From IMG/VR virus record IMGVR_UViG_3300010429_001696, positions 1-64,000 of that record: DNA of 64,000 nt; one strand, given 5' to 3'. Within the stretch, counting starts at the first letter, position 1, and every line of letters starts with the position of its first letter. Source of the stretch: a virus (taxonomy: Duplodnaviria > Caudoviricetes). The translations under genes and the position numbers were made by a program. Below, in pieces: positions 59,235-64,000 of this stretch. The notes below the pieces were generated by a model. That model made no database searches. It was given only the letters and a program-made list of their open reading frames with translations, and was not told the origin of the DNA.

Positions 59235-60161
59235 ATGTGGAATTATGAAGATTTAATAGACGGCGCTATAGGTTATGGTAGAATATCAGACTTTATTATT
59301 ACAAATAACAAGACTCCTTTAAATAATGATATATTAGAAAAAGACGCCATAATACTTTGTAGAACAGATTTAATTGATTTTTTATTTAGTTTCATAAAAA
59401 ATTCAAATAAAAATTACATATTGATCACACATTTTACAGATCGTCATGTTAACGAATCAGAAGAACAAAGAACACACAATAATTCAGCCATATTTAGTCA
59501 TAAGCCGTCGTGTGTTATAAAATGGTACGCGACGACGACGACTTTCCATCATAAAGATTTAATTCAAATACCATTGGGATTTGGTATTCATTGGGAACAC
59601 CCAAATTGGCCAAGATTCAATGAAAAATATAGGCAATGGATGTACGACAATTGCGAGAGATTGGTAAATATTGAAAAAAATAACAATACAGTATATTGCA
59701 ATTTTACTACTGGTGGATTTCAATCTTATAGGGATGATGTCGTAAAAAAGTTACAAACTTCTGGTATAAATTGCTTTGTTAGAGAAAAAAGAATACCTTT
59801 TCCAGAATATTGCGAAGAAATGGCAAAATATAAATTTGTAGCTTCGCCGCCAGGTGATGGTATTGATGCTCATAGAAATTGGGAAGCTTTATACTTAGGT
59901 TGCATTCCAATAGTCTTGGATAGTATGCCCGTGGCGTCATACAATGGGTGGTTCACTTATAGGGGGAATGTTAGGGGCGTGAACATATACGAAAATTATG
60001 ATTTACCGTTTTTAGTCGTTGATAATTATTCTAAAATAAATTATAATTTGTTGAATAATTATCTAGACTATTATAAAAAGCATGATTTTAAATATGAACA
60101 AATGAATTTATCTTATTGGGAAAATAAAATGAAAAATGATTTAAAAAATTGTTCAGATTAA
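59235..60161 (+). CDS. Exostosin-like (GT47-like) protein
   Basis: IPLG..YKFVASPPGDGIDAHRNWEALYLGCIPIV. Confidence 0.7.
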   Translation: MWNYEDLIDGAIGYGRISDFIITNNKTPLNNDILEKDAIILCRTDLIDFLFSFIKNSNKNYILITHFTDRHVNESEEQRTHNNSAIFSHKPSCVIKWYATTTTFHHKDLIQIPLGFGIHWEHPNWPRFNEKYRQWMYDNCERLVNIEKNNNTVYCNFTTGGFQSYRDDVVKKLQTSGINCFVREKRIPFPEYCEEMAKYKFVASPPGDGIDAHRNWEALYLGCIPIVLDSMPVASYNGWFTYRGNVRGVNIYENYDLPFLVVDNYSKINYNLLNNYLDYYKKHDFKYEQMNLSYWENKMKNDLKNCSD

Positions 60162-60177
60162 AAAAAAATTATATTTA

Positions 60178-60909
60178 ATGAAAATATTGATAATAGGGGA
60201 TAGTTGTAGAGACGTTTTTGTTTATTGTGAAGCTATAAGATTGGCACCGGATGTTCCAGTGCCTGTTTTAAATATTGTAAATGAGATCGAAAACCCAGGA
60301 ATGGCTAAAAATGTTCATAGAAATATTATTAGTCTTGGGGCCAATTGTGATATATTGACAAATAGTAATTGGTATAACATAACAAAGACAAGATATATCC
60401 ATGATAAAAGCAATCATTCGTTTTTTAGAGTGGATTCTAAGTGTGAAATAGACAGAATAGATTTAAAAAAAATTGATTTTGATTATGATATAATTGCCAT
60501 ATCTGATTATGATAAAGGATTTTTAAAAAAGGAAGATATAGAATATATTTCCAAAAAAAATAATAATATTTTTATTGACACTAAGAAAATTCTTGGTGAT
60601 TGGATCAAAAATGTTTCTTTTATTAAAATAAATAATTATGAATATTCTCGTAGTATAGAATATATCAAAAAAAATAAAGATGTTGATGATAAGATCATAA
60701 ACACAATGGCAGAACAAGGTTGCTTTTATAGAGGAAAAAATTATCCAGTTAAGAAAGTTGAAGTCAAAGATGCGTCTGGCGCCGGTGATACATTTTTTGC
60801 AGCATTAGTATTTGAATATTCTAAGAATAATATCATAGAAGACGCCATAAGATTCGCCAATGATTGTGCTTCAAAGATAGTCCAACATAAAGGTGTTGGC
60901 GTGATATAA
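60178..60909 (+). CDS. HldE/RfaE-like heptose kinase domain (PfkB family)
   Basis: IGD..D..RLAPDVPVPV..GMAKNV..KTR..SDYDKG..DASGAGDTF. Confidence 0.85.
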   Translation: MKILIIGDSCRDVFVYCEAIRLAPDVPVPVLNIVNEIENPGMAKNVHRNIISLGANCDILTNSNWYNITKTRYIHDKSNHSFFRVDSKCEIDRIDLKKIDFDYDIIAISDYDKGFLKKEDIEYISKKNNNIFIDTKKILGDWIKNVSFIKINNYEYSRSIEYIKKNKDVDDKIINTMAEQGCFYRGKNYPVKKVEVKDASGAGDTFFAALVFEYSKNNIIEDAIRFANDCASKIVQHKGVGVI

Positions 60910-60955
60910 AAACAATAACAGCAAATAGATAATATGAAAAAAATAATAAATTATC

Positions 60956-61804
60956 ATGAAAATTCTAATTATACAGGAACAGGGGCGACATGAAAAAAAT
61001 AAAAACTATCGCGAGTCTCTATCTTTTGATCGCGGATTTAAAAGATTAGGAATAGATAGTGTTGTGTGGGGATTGAATTATCCAACATTTAATATTTCAT
61101 TCAATGAAATATCGAAAGATTGTGACGCGATTTTATTGATAGAAAATTATGAAAGTGGGTGGCTACCGAACATTAGTAACTTTAAAGGGTTAAAATTTTT
61201 TTGGAGCGTTGATTCACATATTATACCACAACAACATATTCAAATGTGTAAGAATAATAAAATTGATATAGTATTAAATGCTATAGAATCACATGGTCGC
61301 TATTTCAGCCCAGCTAAATCGTATTATTTCCCAAACGCACATGATGATGAATTATTGGATTATAGACCAGATATCCAAAAAATTTATGATGTTGGTTTTT
61401 GTGGTAATTATGTTAATAGAAAATCTTGGATAGATACTATACCAAATATCAAGAGAGACATATTTGTTATAGGGGATGATATGGTAAATGCGATAAATTC
61501 CTATAAAATACATTTCAACAGAAACGTGGCGAATGATATAAATTATCGAACACCAGAAACATTGGGATGTAAAACCTTTCTTTTAACAAACTTTACAGAA
61601 AACTTGGATAAAATTTACAAAATAGGGGATCATTTGGATATTTATAATGACATAAATGATTTAAAAGAGAAGATAAATTATTACTTAAATAATGAAGAAA
61701 AGAGAAAAAAAATTGAAGAATCTGGATATCAGTGGGTTAAACAGAATCACACTTATTTGAAAAGATGTGAGAGATTAATAGAGATAATAAAAGAAAATAT
61801 CTAA
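60956..61804 (+). CDS. CgeB/GT1_2-like glycosyltransferase
   Basis: YDVGFCG, KIHFN..INYR..E..G..FLLT, HTY..R. Confidence 0.8.
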   Translation: MKILIIQEQGRHEKNKNYRESLSFDRGFKRLGIDSVVWGLNYPTFNISFNEISKDCDAILLIENYESGWLPNISNFKGLKFFWSVDSHIIPQQHIQMCKNNKIDIVLNAIESHGRYFSPAKSYYFPNAHDDELLDYRPDIQKIYDVGFCGNYVNRKSWIDTIPNIKRDIFVIGDDMVNAINSYKIHFNRNVANDINYRTPETLGCKTFLLTNFTENLDKIYKIGDHLDIYNDINDLKEKINYYLNNEEKRKKIEESGYQWVKQNHTYLKRCERLIEIIKENI

Positions 61805-61809
61805 CAGGA

Positions 61810-62406
61810 ATGACCAGTGAAGAATTAATACAATTTGAAAAGGAGATAGCCGATTATTTTAATGACGCTAAAATAAAGGCCCCTGTTCATTTATATAATG
61901 GAAATGAAGAACAAATGATAGAAATTTTCAAAAAAATAGAAAAAAATGATTGGGTCTTTTGTAGTTGGCGAGCTCATTATCAATGCCTTTTGAAAGGCGT
62001 TCCAAAATTGAGGCTAAAAAAGGATATTTTAAATGGCAAATCTATGGGATTGTGTTATCCAGATTATAAAATCTTTTCATCTTCTATTGTTGGGGGAAAT
62101 ATACCAATAGCCACTGGGGTTGCTCTGGATATAAAACGGAAAAACCTGAGTAACAATGTGTGGTGCTTTGTTGGGGATATGACATCTGAGACCGGAACGT
62201 TTTATGAAAATTGGAAATATGCCGTAAATCATTCTTTGCCAATAACTTATATAATAGAAGATAATGAAGTTTCTGTTTGCACGGATACTAAAAAAGTTTG
62301 GAACGAAGAAGAATTATTTTTTGAAAAAGAAACAAGAAAGATAATTTATTATAAATATAAGTCAGAATATCCACACGCTGGTGCTGGAAAAAGAGTACAA
62401 TTTTAA
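61810..62406 (+). CDS. ThDP enzyme E1-alpha-like subunit (second copy)
   Basis: WRAH, GDMTSETG..EDN, YPHAG. Confidence 0.85.
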   Translation: MTSEELIQFEKEIADYFNDAKIKAPVHLYNGNEEQMIEIFKKIEKNDWVFCSWRAHYQCLLKGVPKLRLKKDILNGKSMGLCYPDYKIFSSSIVGGNIPIATGVALDIKRKNLSNNVWCFVGDMTSETGTFYENWKYAVNHSLPITYIIEDNEVSVCTDTKKVWNEEELFFEKETRKIIYYKYKSEYPHAGAGKRVQF

Positions 62407-62409
62407 AAA

Positions 62410-62949
62410 ATGGAGAATTTAAAATATTTCGATGAATTAAAACGTTCGATGGATTGGTTGGGGGAGAAAGAAGATACTTTTTTCTTGGGTCAAGCTGTTG
62501 AATATCAAGGTACTGCAATTACCAATACATTAACTGGTATTGATAGAAACAAATTATTAGAAATGCCAGTAAATGAAGATATGCAAATGGGTATGTCTAT
62601 CGGCATGGCTATGAACGGAACAATTCCAATTTCGATATTTCCAAGATGGAATTTTTTAATATTAGCAACAAATCAAATTTTAAATCATTTGGATCAAATA
62701 TCTCTTATGTCAAATTATAATGCTAAAGTAATTATAAGAACGTCTATTGGGTCTGTAAGACCACTAGATCCCCAGCATCAACATCGATCAGATTTTACAG
62801 ATGGTTTTAAATTGATGTGTAAAAAAATAGATATCATTCGTTTGAACGAGCCTTGGCAAATATATAATGCTTATAAAAGGGCATATGAGAGGCAAGATGG
62901 CGTGTCAACAATATTAGTGGAATGGGGAGATTATTATAATGAAAAATGA
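62410..62949 (+). CDS. ThDP enzyme beta subunit (second copy)
   Basis: EMPVNE..GMSIG..PQHQH. Confidence 0.8.
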   Translation: MENLKYFDELKRSMDWLGEKEDTFFLGQAVEYQGTAITNTLTGIDRNKLLEMPVNEDMQMGMSIGMAMNGTIPISIFPRWNFLILATNQILNHLDQISLMSNYNAKVIIRTSIGSVRPLDPQHQHRSDFTDGFKLMCKKIDIIRLNEPWQIYNAYKRAYERQDGVSTILVEWGDYYNEK

Positions 62950-63892
62950 TTATTTAAAGAACAAAAAGATTTTAATAACAGGATCAAGCGGGCTTGTTGG
63001 TGCCAGTTTCATTGAAAGTTTATCTGGTGAAGAATGTGAAATTTGGGCTTGGGTAAAAAATGACGTGCCTCCTTATTTACAGAACATATTGAATAAATGC
63101 CATATAATAAAAAAAGATTTAACAGAAAGGGAATCTTTTTCAGATTTACCACAATTTGATATTATTATACATTCGGCTGGTTATGCTCAACCAATGAAGT
63201 TTTTGGCGGACAAAACAAGAACAATAGAAATAAATACAATGTCTACGATATGGTTGATGGATAAACTATTAGAGGGCGGCAAATTTTTATTTATTTCATC
63301 CAGTGAGATTTATAATGGGCTTGATAAATATGATATAAAAGAAACAGATATTGGAAGAGCAAACACCGATCACCCGAGATCTTGTTATATAACAAGTAAA
63401 AAATGTGGCGAAAGTATATGTTATTCATATATAAATGATAGAGGAATTGATGCAAAAATAGCGAGACTCGGTTTAACATATGGGCCTTATGTTAAAATTG
63501 GGGATAAGAGAGTTATAAATACTTTAATTGAAAAAGCCATATTTGAAAAAGAAATATCACTATTGGATGGGGGGGATGCTATAAGAACTTTTTGCTTTAT
63601 AACTGACGCAGTTGAAATGATGTGGAACATACTTCTAAATGGTAAGAACGTAGTTTATAATGTGGGTGGAATATATTATTGCTCCATATTAGACATTGCT
63701 AAAAAAATAGGCAGACATTTCGATAAAGAAATTGTGGTGCCAATAGAAGATAAAAAATTGGAAGGAAGTCCGAAAATAGTTAATATAGATATATCTAGAT
63801 ATTTATTAGAATTCGGAAATAAATCATTTGTTAAAATAGATGATGGTATAGAAAAAACTATTGAATGGATAAAATATATTCATTCTTTTTAA
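62939..63892 (+). CDS. NAD-dependent epimerase/dehydratase (UDP-GlcA decarboxylase-like)
   Basis: TGSSGLVG, SSSEIY, PRSCYITSKK, YGP, RTFC. Confidence 0.85.
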   Translation: MKNDYLKNKKILITGSSGLVGASFIESLSGEECEIWAWVKNDVPPYLQNILNKCHIIKKDLTERESFSDLPQFDIIIHSAGYAQPMKFLADKTRTIEINTMSTIWLMDKLLEGGKFLFISSSEIYNGLDKYDIKETDIGRANTDHPRSCYITSKKCGESICYSYINDRGIDAKIARLGLTYGPYVKIGDKRVINTLIEKAIFEKEISLLDGGDAIRTFCFITDAVEMMWNILLNGKNVVYNVGGIYYCSILDIAKKIGRHFDKEIVVPIEDKKLEGSPKIVNIDISRYLLEFGNKSFVKIDDGIEKTIEWIKYIHSF

Positions 63893-64000
63893 TTATTTTT
63901 TCTTTATTAACATACCAACATAAGAGAAATTTTTGCCATATAAAGTGAAATCATTTGTGTTGAACGTCAAGTTTTCTCTTCCACTTGTTGAGCTATCAAA
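63893..64000 (-). CDS. 3' end of a gene entering from beyond the window
   Basis: Open frame FDSSTSGRE...MLIKKK* ending at 63893. Confidence 0.45.
   Translation of the reverse strand, partial: FDSSTSGRENLTFNTNDFTLYGKNFSYVGMLIKKK

Noticed and set aside
58008-62949. Pyruvate dehydrogenase as an auxiliary metabolic gene
   Set aside because: Subunits are truncated, E2/E3 are absent here and the context is sugar biosynthesis.
1-64000. Stop-codon reassignment as in some huge phages
   Set aside because: Long genes are intact in code 11 and end in TAA, TGA and TAG; no suppressor tRNA seen; the one in-frame stop in a GT is TAA.

Overview
A strongly AT-rich segment that reads as part of a jumbo/huge T4-like phage genome, probably infecting a Bacteroidota host. 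Phage evidence: gp32-like SSB, many proteins with T4 internal-protein-like N-terminal leaders (MKxx(F/Y)E(Q/E)F..E), an AATATATA late-promoter-like motif, homing endonucleases and an intein. Host evidence: TAnnTTTG promoters and a Bacteroidetes-type tyrosine integrase. The window holds two minus-strand tRNA operons (12 tRNA or tRNA-like genes, several structurally aberrant, one split by a group I intron), two unexplained structured RNAs, IS200/IS605 and IS607 remnants, NusG, Dps, PRPP synthetase, and a ~20 kb sugar-biosynthesis/glycosylation island (ColD-like with intein, pseB/F/C/I, Maf-like transferase, HldE-like kinase, two ThDP enzyme pairs) plus a TibC/Aah-like heptosyltransferase. The main finding is that each tRNA operon is preceded by the same module: promoter, short leader ORF, antiterminator strand over the leader stop codon, intrinsic terminator, then boxA. 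Each leader's codons match the anticodons of the tRNAs downstream. Leader 2 has ATA/GAA/GAG ahead of tRNA-Ile(UAU)/Glu(UUC)/Glu(CUC); leader 1 has C,N,Y,M,I(ATT),D,Q ahead of Cys/Asn/Tyr/Met/Ile(GAU)/Asp/Gln. This looks like ribosome-mediated attenuation that switches on phage tRNA sets when the cognate tRNAs run short. All calls were made by eye; no database searches or folding programs were run.
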